Of a stretch of DNA of 64,000 bases, positions 13,975 to 26,015 are shown piece by piece. The notes beneath the pieces were generated by a model. The model searched no databases. It was not told the origin of the DNA and worked only from the letters and a program-made list of their open reading frames with translations. Position 1 is the first letter of the stretch; each line of letters begins with the position of its first letter. The position numbers and the translations under genes are program-made. This stretch comes from an uncultured Chloroflexia bacterium. Its GTDB lineage: Bacteria > Chloroflexota > Limnocylindria > Limnocylindrales > CSP1-4. The stretch covers positions 7,877-71,876 of the forward strand of contig CAVOIR010000012.1 of NCBI GenBank assembly GCA_963696045.1. The letters run 5' to 3'.

Positions 13975-15422
13975 CCCGTGGCGCCGCTGTGCAGCCGTAC
14001 GCTGCCGGCGCGACCGTGCGCCAGGCGCCCAGAGTCGCGAGCTGCCGCAGGCCGCGTATCGATGCGACGCTCGTCGACCGCGCCGTAGCCGAAGATGATG
14101 CCGCCCCTCGGGGCGGCTGACCGGCGAAGCCCGCGGCGACGCCCTGGAGGCCGATGCCGGCAGCGGCGGCCTCGGCCACGAGCGCCGCCTCGTCCACGCC
14201 GGGCGGCAGCCAGGCCAGGACGTGGAGGCCCGCCGAGGCGCCCGCCGGACGCATCCGGGGCAGGTGACGGGCCAGCCCGTCCAGCAGCGCGTCGCGTCGG
14301 AGCCGGTAGACGCCGCGCATGCGGCGGAGGTGGCGGTCGAGCTCGCCACGCTCGATGAAGTCGGCGAGCGCCAGCTGGTCGAGGGCGCTCGACCCGAAGT
14401 CGGCCGCCAGCTTCGCGCCGTGCGACCCGCTCGGTGAGCCGTCGGGGGACTGCCAGCCAGCCGAGGCGCAGGCCCGGCGCGAGCGTCTTGCTGGCGGTGC
14501 CGGCGTAGGCCACCCGGTAGGAGCACAGCCCCTGCATCGCGCCGATGGGCTCGCGGTCGTAGCGGTACTCGGCGTCGTAGTCGTCCTCGACGATCAGGGC
14601 GTCCTGTCGATCGGCCCAGTCGATGAGCGCCGTGCGACGCTCGGCCGAGAGCACGGCCCCGGTCGGGAACTGGTGCGCCGGCGTCAGCACGACCGCGTCC
14701 ACCCGAGCGCCCTTCGAGCCGCTCGACCTGGATGCCGGCGTCGTCGACGGGCACGGGCACGACCTCGAGGCCGGCGCTCGCGATGCGCCTTCCGGTAGGT
14801 GGCGTTCCAGGGATCCTCGACGCCGACGCGCCTGGCCCCCGACTCGCGGAGGGCACGCGCGAGGAGCTGGATGCCCTGGGCGAAGCCGTTGCAGACGACG
14901 ATGTCGCTGCCGCTCGTGCAGGTGCCGCGCACCCGGTCGAGGTACGCCGAGAGCACGTCGCGCAGCTCGGGCACGCCCCGCCCGTCGAGGTAGTCGAAGC
15001 GCTCGGCGGGTGACTCGTTGAGGACGTGGCGGAGCGAGCGCGACCAGGCGGCCCGGGGGAACTCGGCGAGGTCCGGGCGGCCGGGACGGAAGTCGTACCG
15101 CCGAGCGGCGCAGGCGGCTGGGCGGCGGCGGGCTGGGCGGGGCGTGCCGGGCACCCGGGCGACCCGCGTGCTGCCGCCCGGTCGGGTGAGCAGGTAGCCC
15201 TCCGCCGCGAGCTGCTCGTAGGCCTCCACGACGACGCCTCGGGCCACGCCGAGCTGGGAGGCCAGGGCCCGGGTCGAGGGCAGCGTCGCTGCCGGGCCCA
15301 GGCGACCCTCCCGGACGGCGTCGCGGAGCTGCTGCTCGAGCTGGTGATGGAGCGGCTCGATCGTCCTCGCGCTCGAGCGGCACGAACAGCTCGACCACAG
15401 AACTGGTCCTCGTTCTTGTCAT
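13922..15422 (-). CDS. MocR/GntR-family PLP-dependent transcriptional regulator, frameshifted; 3' end approximate
   Basis: HTH LPSTRALASQLGVARGVVVEAYEQL; TPAHQFPTG, EDDYDAEYRYD, GTASKTLAPGLRLGW. Confidence 0.9.
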
Positions 15423-15446
15423 GGGACTGGACCTTATCACTGGACC
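15402..15446. promoter_or_regulatory. Putative MocR operator: direct repeats ACTGG(A/T)CC
   Basis: ACTGGACC at 15426-15433 and 15439-15446, ACTGGTCC at 15402-15409, at the divergent regulator/target junction. Confidence 0.5.
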
Positions 15447-15511
15447 GCTTTCAGCCGCATCATCCGGATGGTCAGCGGGGCAGGGCCCGTGAGAGGTCAA
15501 GGGAAGAGGAC

Positions 15512-15755
15512 ATGAACCACCTGCTCATCACCCAGATCGCACAGGACGAGATCGCCGAGCGCGTCAGGACCGCGGAGCGCGAGCGGCTCGCCCGGATGGC
15601 CCGCGGGCGGCGGCCGGTCGCCGCCACGACCCGGTCTTCGGGACTCGTGCCTCGGCGGCTCTGGTCGGTGCTGACCAGCTGGCGTCATCGTGCCGGCCGG
15701 ACGGCCGCCGCGGCGATGCCCCACCGAGCCCTGCGTCGAGGGCCACGCATCGTGA
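15512..15755 (+). CDS. Small Arg-rich hypothetical protein; end approximate
   Basis: GAGGA RBS; MNHLLITQIAQDEIAERVRTAERERLARMARGRR. Confidence 0.55.
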
Positions 15756-16696
15756 CGACCGTCTCGGCAGCAGGCGGACTGGCTGGTCTTCCTCGCGCTC
15801 GGCGTGATGTGGGGCAGCAGCTACCTGTTCATCAAGATCGGCATCGAGACGATCACGCCGCTGACGCTGGTGGCGCTGCGCCTGGGCATCGGGGCGCTCC
15901 TCCTCGCAGGCGTGGTCGCTGCGTGGCACGCGAGCGGCTGCCGCGGAGCCCGATGGCCTACCTGCACCTCACGGTCATGGCCACCCTCAACATCGTCGTG
16001 CCGTTCTCGCTCGTCACCTGGGCAGAGCTCAGCGTGCCCTCCTCGCTGGCGGCCATCCTCACGGCGGCGGTGCCGCTCTTCGCGGTCGTCATCGCGGCCG
16101 GCGATCCTCCGCAACGAGCCGATGACGCCCGCAGCGGCTCGTCGGGCTCGCCGTCGGCTTCGTCGGCGTCGTCGTGCTCACCGGGCCCGCGGCCCTGGCC
16201 TCGGGTGGCTCGACGGCGGCGGTCGTCGCCCTGCTGGCGGCCGCAGCCTCCTATGCCACCGCCACCGTCTACGCCCGCCGCAACCTCACCGGGATGCGGC
16301 CCATGGTGCCGGCCTTCCTCCAGGTCGCCATCGCCTTCGTCATCAGCAGCGGCCTGGCGCTTCGGCCTCGAGGCGCCGCTCGCGCGTGGAGCTCGGCGGC
16401 GCGGCCATCGTCTCGCTGCTGTGGCTCGGGCTCCTCGGGCTCGGGCGTCGCCTACCTCGCCTACTTCCGGCTCATCGGCTCGTGGGGCGCCACACGCACG
16501 GCGGCCGTGGCCTACCTGCTGCCGGTCGTCGGCATCGTCCTCGGGCGTCGCTCGTGGCCAACGAGACGATCGACCTGCGCGTCGTGGCCGGGACGGCGCT
16601 CGTCGTCGGCGGCGTGGCGCTCCTGAACGTCCGCTCAGCGGCGCCGCTGGCAGGCCAGGCCGCGAGTGCGGATCGAGGTCGAGCCCGCCGAGCTGA
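15752..16696 (+). CDS. EamA/DMT family transporter, frameshifted
   Basis: MWGSSYLFIKIG, VPFSLVTWAE, GVAYLAYFRLIGSWGATRTAAVAYLLPVVGI. Confidence 0.85.
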   Translation: MTTVSAAGGLAGLPRARRDVGQQLPVHQDRHRDDHAADAGGAAPGHRGAPPRRRGRCVARERLPRSPMAYLHLTVMATLNIVVPFSLVTWAELSVPSSLAAILTAAVPLFAVVIAAGDPPQRADDARSGSSGSPSASSASSCSPGPRPWPRVARRRRSSPCWRPQPPMPPPPSTPAATSPGCGPWCRPSSRSPSPSSSAAAWRFGLEAPLARGARRRGHRLAAVARAPRARASPTSPTSGSSARGAPHARRPWPTCCRSSASSSGVARGQRDDRPARRGRDGARRRRRGAPERPLSGAAGRPGRECGSRSSPPS

Positions 16697-16714
16697 CGCT
16701 GGCCCCGGCGGAAC

Positions 16715-17812
16715 TCAGGCCGGCGCGTCCCCGAAGCTGACGCCCATCTCGCGGGCCGCCCGGATGAGCGCGCCGCCCGGGTCGACGTTGCGGATGCGGT
16801 CCACGGCCTGCGCCAGCGGCACGCTGTCCACGTCGTGGCCGGTGTAGATGACGAGCCGCCCGAAGGCCCCGTCGGCGATCATCTCGACCGCCCGGGCGCC
16901 GAGCAGCGTGCAGAGGACGCGGTCGAAGTGCGTCGGGCTGCCGCCGCGCTGGAGGTGGCCGAGCACGACCGAGCGCGTCTCCTTGCCGGTGCGTCGCTCG
17001 ATCTCGGCCGCGACCTCGAGCCCGACGCCGCCGAGGCGCGCCTCGCGATCGGCGCCGCCGTCCGTGGCTCAGGCCGCGGCGCCGTCCTCCAGGCGGGCCC
17101 CCTCGGCCGCCACCACGATGGTGTGGTAGCGGTTCGTGCGGTCGCGCTCCTGCACGGCCTCGGCGATGTGCTCGTGGCGGAAGGGGATCTCCGGGATGAG
17201 GATGACGTCGGCGCCGCCGGCGAGGCCCGAGTAGAGCGCGATCCAGCCCGCGTTGCGGCCCATGACCTCGAGCACGATGGCGCGCCGGTGGCTCTCGGCC
17301 GTCGTCTGCAGGCGGTCCACGGCATCGGTGGCGTAGGCGACCGCCGAGTCGAAGCCGAAGGTCTGGAGCGTGGCATCGAGGTCGTTGTCGATGGTCTTGG
17401 GCACGCCCACGACAGGGATGCCGTGCGCGTCGAGCTGGAGGGCGATGCTCATCGTGCCGTCACCGCCGATGACGACGAGCCCGCGGAGGCCGAGCCGCTC
17501 GACCGCCTCGCGCGTGGCGACCAGCAGCTCCTCGGGCAGCTGGCGCGTCTCGCCGTGGCCGACCTTGGCGGCGAAGCGGCCGCGGTTGACCGTGCCCAGG
17601 ATGCTGCCGCCGCGCGTCAGGAGGCCGTAGAGGTCCTGGTAGTCGAGGACGTGGCAGGCATCCGCGTCGAAGAGCCCGTCGAAGCCGCCGCTGATGCCGA
17701 CCGCCTCCCAGCCGCGCAGGCGGGCCGCCTTGGCGACGGCCCGGATGACGGCGTTCATGCCGGGGCAGTCGCCGCCGCCGGTGACGATCCCGATGCGAGT
17801 CCCGTTGTCCAT
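16715..17812 (-). CDS. pfkA: 6-phosphofructokinase (PfkA family)
   Basis: TGGGDCPGMNAVIRA, GGDG, PKTIDND, EVMGR, LGHLQRGG. Confidence 0.9.
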
Positions 17813-17864
17813 GCCACTGAGGCTGACAGGACCCGGCCTCCGGCTTCCAGAGCCGGATGGCTCG

Positions 17865-19518
17865 TCAGCGGATGCGTTCGGCCATGAGCGCCGTCATGCG
17901 CTGGAGGGCCGGCGAGAGATCGCCGCGCTGAAGGTGGACGTGGAGCAGGGAGAACCCGGAACGGTCGGCGGCCGCGGCCGCCAGCGCGGCGTCGAGGTCG
18001 CCCTCGGTCCGGACCTCGTAGCCTCGGCCAGCACCGAGGACCTCGGGCAGCCTGGCGTAGCTGCCAGGGGTGCAGGTCGTTGAAGGGCCCGTCGAGCATG
18101 GGCCGTTCCGTGCCGTAGCCGCCGTTGTCGAGCAGGATGACGATGGGGTCGAGGCCGTATCGCACGACCGTCGTCAGCTCCATGCCGGTCATCTGGAAGG
18201 CGCCGTCACCCACGAGGACGAGGGGTCGCGACGTCGGGCCGGGCGAGCTGGACGCCGATCGCGCCGGGCACCGCGAAGCCGAGCGAGAGGTAGTAGGCGG
18301 GCGCCACGAAGTCGGCCTTCTCGACGACGAGGTCGATGCCGGCGAAGAGCGCATCGCCGACGTCCGCGACGACCACGGTCTCGCTCGCTGAGGAAGCCGT
18401 TCAGGCACTCGAACAGGCGCGCGATGGTGATGGGCGCGTCCGGGTCCGCGAGTCCACGCGGCGGGCCGGGCGCGGGGACGATGTCCGGTCGGTCGCGCGG
18501 CGCGATGGCTGCCGCCAGGCCGGTCGACGAAGTCGACGAATCGGACGTCGTGGTAGTGATGCCGACGGACCGCGAGCCGGTCGGACGAGACGCTGATCGT
18601 GCGGGCCGGGTCGAGGCGCGCGGTGTTGATGCCGAGCGTGGCGTCGCTCAGGTTGGCGCCGAGGATCAGCAGGCAGTCGCTCTCCTCGACGTACCGGCGC
18701 GTGATCTCGTTGCCGAGCGCGCCCTCGTAGACGCCCAGGAACAGGGGGTGCGTCTCGTCGATGACGCCCTTGCTCAGGGTCGTCACGGCGACCGGGATGC
18801 CGGTCCGGTCGATGAGGGCGGGCAGGTCGTGGTAGATGCCGAAGCGCGCCAGCTCCTCGCCCGCGAGGATGACCGGCTGCCGGGCCGCCGCCAGGAGGGC
18901 GGCGGTCTCGGCGAGGGCCTCGGCGAGGGCGGCCTCGTCCGTCACCTCGGGCTCGTCGCGGATCGGGACGGTCTCGATGCGGCTGTCGACCTGGTCGCGC
19001 GGCAGCTCCAGGTAGACCGGCCGCCGGTGCTGCACAGCAGGCGGCCAGCGTCCGGTCGATGGTGCGCTGCGCACTCTCCGCGTCGGTGACGATGGCCGCC
19101 GCGCAGGTGACCTCGCGGAAGATCGACGAGCTGGCTCTCGAAGCTGCGGATCTTGTGGTGAAGGAGCGGCTCGCGGACCCGCTCCGCCATCCCCGGGCCA
19201 CCGCTGATGACGATGACCGGGCGACTTCTCGGCGAAGGCCTGGGCCGTCGTGTTGACGACCTTGAGCCCGCCCACACCGTAGGTCACGCAGAGCGCGCCG
19301 ATGCCGTTCATCCGCGCATAGGCGTCCGCGGCGAAGCCGGCGCCCTGCTCGTCGGCCGTGTTGATGAGCGTGAGCTGCGACTTCTCGAGGCGGTCGTAGA
19401 AGCCCAGCACGTAGTCGCCCGGGACCCCGAAGACATGTCGCACGCCGAGCGCGACGAGCCGGTCGATCAGATAGCCCCCCACCGTCGTCGTCACCGGGCT
19501 GTCCTCCCGAGCCTTCAT
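17865..19518 (-). CDS. ThDP-dependent alpha-keto acid decarboxylase (pyruvate/indolepyruvate decarboxylase family), frameshifted
   Basis: [30 protein letters not shown]...DNGGYGTER. Confidence 0.85.
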
Positions 19519-19690
19519 CCTCCTGCAAGGCTACTCCCGCATCTCGCAATGACTCTTGATGAGCGTCCGCTGGCGCCCCGGCCTGACACTCGACCGTGGT
19601 CGAGCCGCCTTGCGATGGGCGAGTAGAGTGGAGCGGCTCGTCGGGTGGACTGGTGCCACCAGTGGCACCGCCACAGGCAGGAGGTGCACC

Positions 19691-20935
19691 ATGGGACGAT
19701 CGCTCAGCCTGAGGCTCGTGAGCGGCATGATCGCCGCCGGGCTCGTGGCAGCCAGCGCGCTGCCGGCAACCGCACAGGAAGGGGACGATTGGGCCGCGGG
19801 CGTCAGCGGGCCCGCCGTGCTGTCTGGCTGGCAGTCATCGCCGTCAGAGGGCAACGCGCTCACCCAGACACTGCTGGGCTTCCAGGCGAAGTACCCGAAC
19901 ATCCCGGTCGACTATCAGCCGGTCGCCGGCGACTACCCCGCGCTGATGGCCGCCAAGTTCGCGTCGGGCGAGGTGCCCGATGTCTTCTACGTGAACGCCG
20001 ACTACGCCCAGGAGTGGATCGATCAGGGCCTGCTTCTGCCGCTCGACGACTACATCGAGCAGGCGGGCATCGATACGAGCGCCTTCTTCCCCGGCTATGC
20101 GGAGGTCTTCCAGAAGGACGGCGTCCTGGTACGGCTTCCCCAAGGACGGCAACACCATCGGGATGGCCTACAACAGCGACCTCGTGACGGCCCCGCCCAC
20201 GACGATGGACGAGCTCGTGAGCGTGGCCGAGGGTCTGGTCGGGACCGAAGGGCTAACAGCGCCCCTGTGCCTCAACCCGGGCCTCGATCGGGGTCTGGCC
20301 TTCCTCTACGCCAACGGCGGCGAGCTCCTCTCCGAGGACGGCACGGCCGAGCGCCATCGACTCCGAGGCCTCGGTGGCCGCGGTGCAGTGGTACCTCGAC
20401 CTCTTCGCCAACGGCCTGGCGATGACCGCGAGCGACATGGGCGCTGGCTGGTGCGGCGAGGCCCTGGGCAAGGGCTCGGCCGCCATCGCCTTCGAGGGCG
20501 GCTGGCTCGATCCGTACATGACGGACACATTCCCGGACCTGCCCTACGCCTGGGCGGAGATGCCCGTCGGCTCGTCCGGCGAGCCAGTGACCATCTCGTT
20601 CACGGTGGCCTACTCGATGGGCGCGGACTCCCCGAACAAGGACCCGGGATTCGCGCTGCTGAGCTATCTGACCGGCGTCGAGGGCATGACCGACTGGACC
20701 GAGGGTGGCGTGGCGCTGCCGTCGCGCTCCGACGTGCCCACGCCGGCTGGCAAGGAGGTCCTCGCTGCCGGCAGCGCCTACGCGCGACCGGGCTCGGGCT
20801 TCATGCCCGGCTGGCTCGACGTCCAGAAGGCCTTCCAGGACGCCTTCACCGCCGAGATCCAGAACGGCACGTTCAGCGCCGACTCCCGTCGTCGAGGCCA
20901 CCAGGACCGCCATCGACGCCGCACTCGGGGCATGA
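19691..20935 (+). CDS. Carbohydrate ABC substrate-binding protein (CUT1), frameshifted
   Basis: Signal peptide ending ALPATAQ; FASGEVPDVFYV, YGFPKDGNTIGMAYN, FEGGW. Confidence 0.85.
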
Positions 20936-20961
20936 TCGGACCATCCTGAAGCGGGACCATC

Positions 20962-20990
20962 GCCGGGACCGGCCTGACGCCGGTCCCGGC
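20962..20990 (+). terminator. Hairpin downstream of SBP gene
   Basis: GCCGGGACCGGC-ctgac-GCCGGTCCCGGC inverted repeat. Confidence 0.5.
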
Positions 20991-21017
20991 CCGTATCCGG
21001 GCCAGGAGGCGCCGACC

Positions 21018-21965
21018 ATGGCCAGCCTGACGCGCACCGGTGGCGTCATCCCGGCGTGTCGCGCCGCTCGGAGGCGGCCGCCGGCTACCTCTTCGTCGCC
21101 ATCCCGCATGGCGCTGTTCCTGGTCCTGCACATCGGGGCCATCGCCTACGCGCTGTACGTCAGCGTCTGGGACTGGAACATCCGCACGGGTCCGGTCGAG
21201 TTCGTCGGCCTCGACAAGTACGCCGACGCGCTTCGCGGACCCGACGTTCCAGACGGCCATCAGGAACAGCCTCTACTACGCGCTCGTCTGGGTGCCGCTG
21301 ACGATGGTGCTCGGGCTTCTCGCTGGCCCTCATCGTCAACCAGAAGCTCCGCGGCCAGACGTTCTTCCGGGCCGCCTTCTACTTCCCCGCCATCGCCAGC
21401 TCGGCGGCCATCACGATGATCTGGCTCTTCATCATGGCGCCCGGACGGGCTCTTCAACGACGTCCGCGCCGCGCTGGGCCTGAACCCGCTCTTCGAGCTC
21501 TTCGGCATCGCGCCCAACCAGAACTGGATCGGCGACCAGGACACGGCCATGAACACGGTCATCGTCCTGAACGCCTGGACGACGTCGGGCACGTTCATGC
21601 TCTTCTACCTCGCCTCGCTCCAGTCGATCACCAACCAGGTCTACGAGGCAGCGGCCATCGACGGCGCCAGCTGGTGGCAGGCCTTCTGGCGCGTGACGAT
21701 GCCGCTGCTGCGGCCGGGCCACTTCTTCGTGCTGACGGTGGCCGTCATCGGGGCGCTCCAGATGTTCGACCAGGCCATCATCGGCGGCGGCGTCAACGGC
21801 GACCCCAACAACGCCCTCATGACGGTCGTCCTGTACCTCTACAACGCCGCCTTCCGCCAGTTCGACTTCAGCTACGCGGCGGCCATCGGCATCATCCTGT
21901 TCGTCCTCATCATGGGCGCGACGCTCGTGCAGCGGCGCCTCTTCGGGGCGGCTCCCGAGTGGTAG
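21018..21965 (+). CDS. Carbohydrate ABC permease
   Basis: EAA motif VYEAAAIDGASWWQAFWRVTMPLLRP. Confidence 0.85.
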
Positions 21966-21970
21966 CGCGC

Positions 21971-22882
21971 ATGGCCGTGACCGAGGCCGCCCGGCCGGCG
22001 AGCGTCGCCCGCGGCGCGTGGCCACGCCCGGTGCGGCGACCCCGGGCGCGGCGGTGGCGCCGGCGGATCGTCTACGTGCTGATGATCGGCTACGCCATCC
22101 TCATGTTCATCCCCTTCGCCTGGTCGGTGGTGACGTCCTTCAAGACGCTGCCCGACTCGGTGCAGCATGACCTTCATCCCCGACCCGTTCACGCTGGCAG
22201 GCGTGGCAGTACGCCTGGAACGAGATGCAGCCGCCGCTGCCGGTCCTGTTCCTCAACAGCACGGTCATCGCCGTCGTCGTGACGATCACCAACCTCGTCT
22301 TCGGCAGCGTCGCCGGCTACGCCTTCGCGCGACTGCGGTTCCCGGGCCGCGAGCTGCTCTTCCTCGTCGTGCTGGCCACGCTGATGATCCCCGACCAGCT
22401 CCGGCTCGTGCCCGTGTACCTGATCATGAACGCCATCGGCCTGACGCGCGGCCTGGGCCAGTACGTGGCGGTCATCATCCTGCTGGCCATCTCCGCCACG
22501 AGCATCTTCCTGATGCGCCAGTTCTTCCTGTCGATGCCACGCGAGCTCGAGGAGGCCGCCCGCATCGACGGGGCGGGGTTCTTCACGACGTTCCGGAAGG
22601 TCATGCTGCCGCTCGCCGGACCGGCGCTGGCGGCGGTGCCGATCCTCCAGTTCCAGGGGACCTGGAACGGCTTCTTCTGGCCGGTCGTCTTCCTGGCCAA
22701 CCCGGACCACTACACGCTTCCCCATCGGCCTGTTCTTCTTCCGGACCGCGGGCGGGTTCGCGAACGACTGGCCGCCCCTCATGGCGGTCGTCGTCATGGC
22801 CACCATCCCCATCGTCGTCATCTACGTCTTCTTCCAGCGCTACTTCGTCGAGGGCATCGCGTCGTCCGGAGTGAAGGGGTGA
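21971..22882 (+). CDS. Carbohydrate ABC permease
   Basis: GYAFARLRFPGR, PRELEEAARIDGAG, FQRYFVEGIASSGVKG. Confidence 0.85.
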
Positions 22883-23621
22883 CGATCTCGCCGCGCGATG
22901 CCCGCGCCGGGCGAGAGACCCGCGTCGGAGGCGAGGCATCCCGCTCCCGCCGGCGCCCCGCCTCATCGGCTCGCTGCGGGCGGCCACGACCGACTTCCTC
23001 GCGCACTCGTGGCGGCTGGTGGCGGCCAACCTGGCCTGGGGCGCGGCGCTGCTGGCGCTGGTCGCGGCGTCGCCGTCACGCCCCTGGCCTGGCTCCTGGC
23101 GCCGCTCCTGGCACTCCCGACGGCCGGGATCTACCGGACGGCCGCGCTCATCGTCCGCGGGGAGCCAGTGTCGGTGCGGGACGGCTTCACGGCCTGGGCG
23201 CGCTTCGGCGGCCGGGCGCTGCTCGTGGGCACGCTGCTGCTCGGCTGCGGGTGCGATCTTCGCCACCAACCTCGTCACGGGCCTCGAGGCGCGCGGCCTG
23301 CTGGGCTGGTCGCTGGCCACGTTCGCGGGCTGGGGGCTGGTCGCGACCGGCGTCGCCGCCGCCATCGTGTGGCCGCTGCTCGTGGACCCGGCGCGCTCGG
23401 AATCGAGCCTCGCGGGACATCCTGCGCCTCACGGCCCTGCTGGCGCTCGCCCACCCCTTCCGGTTCGGAGGCCTGGCCGCGTCATGCTCGCCATCGTCGC
23501 GCTCAGCTCGCTCGCGGTCGTCGTCGTCCTCTCGGTGGCCATCGGGTTCGGGGCGCTCATCGCCTGCCACTACGTCCTCCCAGCCGCGGACCGCTTCGAC
23601 GCCCGCCTGGGCGACGCTTGA
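22879..23621 (+). CDS. Hypothetical integral membrane protein (YesL/DUF624-like ABC accessory)
   Basis: Hydrophobic ORF pieces overlapping the permease stop. Confidence 0.5.
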
Positions 23622-23643
23622 CCGACCTGCTCGATCAGGCTGC

Positions 23644-24982
23644 TCATCGCGCCAGGGCGTAGAGGTGCCAGGCGTCCGGGATCCCCTTGAGAGCTCGCTG
23701 GCCGCGGTCCTCGAACCGGATGCCGGAGCCGGCCACAAGGTCCTTGACCGTGCTCGAGACCAGCACCTCGCCCGGCGCGGCCTCTGCGGCGATCCGCGCT
23801 CCAAGCGACACGGCGACCCCGACGATCCGGCCATCGGCGATCTCGCACTCGCCGGTGTGGACCCCTGCCCTGATCTCGAGATCGAGCGCATGCAATGCGT
23901 CAAGGATGTCCTGCGCAGCTCGGACGGCGCGGGCAGGTCCGTCGAACACGGCGAAGAACCCGTCTCCGGCCGTATCGATCTCGCGCCCATGGTGTCGCGC
24001 GAGCTCACGGCGGACGACGGCGTGATGGCGTCCGACGAGTTCACGCCAGGCAGCATCGCCGAGACGGACGGCCAGATCGGTCGATCCGACGATGTCGGTG
24101 AACAGGATGGTCACCAGGACGCGCTCGGGGGCAACTGGGACACCCAGGCGTGCGATGAACCGCCCGATGGCGTCCATCGTCCCCTGATGGGCCGTGTCGT
24201 CGACCCAGGTGTAGACACCCCGGAAGGCCGGGATCGGGACGACCTCCGCGCTCGCGGATCCGTTCGGCTGCGTAGCCCGCCGGACCAGGGGCGCTCTCGC
24301 GCGGGATGATGAGGGTCGGCACTCGGACCGCGGGCAGGACATCTCTGACGTCGAGCTCCATCGCCGTGCGGAACGTCGTCAGCGCAGCGCCCGGGCTCAG
24401 GCTTCTCCGCATGTGCCAGACGAACCAGTCGCGAAAGGCTGCGTCGTCGGCGACCTCCGGTGCCCATTCGCGGGCGAGGTCCTCGAGATACCTTCGCTCA
24501 CCCCAGCCGGCTCGGACGTCGGCGAGGCGCCGGCGCCACTCGGCTTCGGACGGCGCCCACGGATAGTCGGAGGCAGCGACTCCTCTGATGCGGGGGTCGA
24601 TGAGGATGAGCCCGCGGCAGCGCTCCGGATAGGTGGCCGCAAAGAGGACTCCGATCCCGGTGCTGGTGCTGCCCGTGAAGAGCACCGCGCTCTCCGACCC
24701 GGCCGAGTCCATGACGGCCCGGATGTCGTCCATCGTCGTCTCGGCCGACTGGACCTCACGGACCCGGTCCGACAGGCCCGTCCCGCGGCGATCCAGCATG
24801 AGCACCCGGCCGTGAGTGGCGAGGCCCTCGACATGACGCACGAGGAGTGGCTGCTCCCAGGTCGAAAGCAGGTCGCCTGAGATACCCCGCATGAAGACGA
24901 TGTCGGTCGGACCATCGCCTACGACCTGGTACGCGATGGCGACCTCGCCGCTGCGGGAGTACGACACCTCGGGGGGCCTCAC
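23644..24982 (-). CDS. Alpha/beta-hydrolase + class III adenylate/guanylate cyclase (LipJ/Rv1900c-like)
   Basis: IAYQVVGDGP, DRRGTGLSD; cyclase LFTDIVGST, AGDGFFAVF, RAGVHTGE, LKG. Confidence 0.9.
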
Positions 24983-25202
24983 GCCCGAAGTGTCCACTAT
25001 CGAACGAGGTTGGGACGCTCGCGGCCGAACGACCCGGGCCTCGCGCCATCGGCAGTGTCCGATCGCGACGCCGTCGCTCCGCATCGTCGGGCGCTGCCGC
25101 GGCGGCGACAATGTGGCACACGGATGCTCGTCCGCCGGCTGGGACCAGTCGGCGCACCCAGAGCGCGACCCCTCGGGCATCCTGGCCTTCAGGAGAGACC
25201 CG

Positions 25203-25998
25203 ATGAGCGACGTCATGGGACCGCGATCGATCTACCGGCCGCCGCACGCGGGCATCCCGGCTCCGGCCGACTACCCGGACGCGCCGGTCAGCCGGATCCT
25301 CGACGCATCGACGCGAGGGCGCCGAGCTCTTCGCCGTCCTGGTGGCCATCGGCGGCGACATCCCCCTGCACTACCACCCGGTGATGGAGTTGCAGTTCGT
25401 CCTGAGCGGGACCGGCCTGGCCCTCGACGCCGATGGAGGCGAGACGCCCATCGGACCTGGCGGTGCGGTCCTCAGCCCGGCCGGTGCGGCGGGCGCGCAC
25501 GGATTCCGCAACACGGGCGCCCTGCCGCTCACCCTGCTCTGCGTGTACCCGGCGCCAGGCGGCGCGACCCCGGGGCGAAGTCCGTTCGAGCCGGGATCGG
25601 CGCCCGGACCAGGTCCGCGCAGCGACCTACACGCCGCCGCAGCTGGCCCGGCCGGCGCCACCGGACTACCCGGATGCGCCGGTCGCGCGGCTGCTCGATG
25701 CCTCCGACCCGGGCGCCGAGCTCTTCGCCGTCCTGGTCGCCATCGGCGGCGAGATCCCCCTCCACTACCACCCGGTCATGGAGCTCCAGTTCGTCCTCAG
25801 CGGGACCGGCCTGGCCCTCGACGCCGATGGAGGCGAGACGCCCATCGGCACCTGGCGGTGCGGTCCTCAGTCCGGCCGGTGCGGCGGGCGCGCACGGGTT
25901 CCGCAACACGGGGTCCCTGCCGCTCACAGCTGCTTTGCGTCTATCCCTCTCCCGGCGGTGTCGCCCCAGGCCGTACGCCCTTCCCGCCGCCCGGCTGA
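25203..25998 (+). CDS. Bicupin protein made of two near-identical cupin domains
   Basis: Two copies of GG(D/E)IPLHYHPVMELQFVLSGTG...AHGFRNTG; AGGAG RBS. Confidence 0.8.
25231..25985 (+). repeat. Internal tandem duplication, two units about 396 bp apart
   Basis: Long identical stretches in both units, e.g. AGCGGGACCGGCCTGGCCCTCGACGCCGATGGAGGCGAGACGCCCATCGG. Confidence 0.85.
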
Positions 25999-26015
25999 CC
26001 GCGCGGCGTGGCCGA

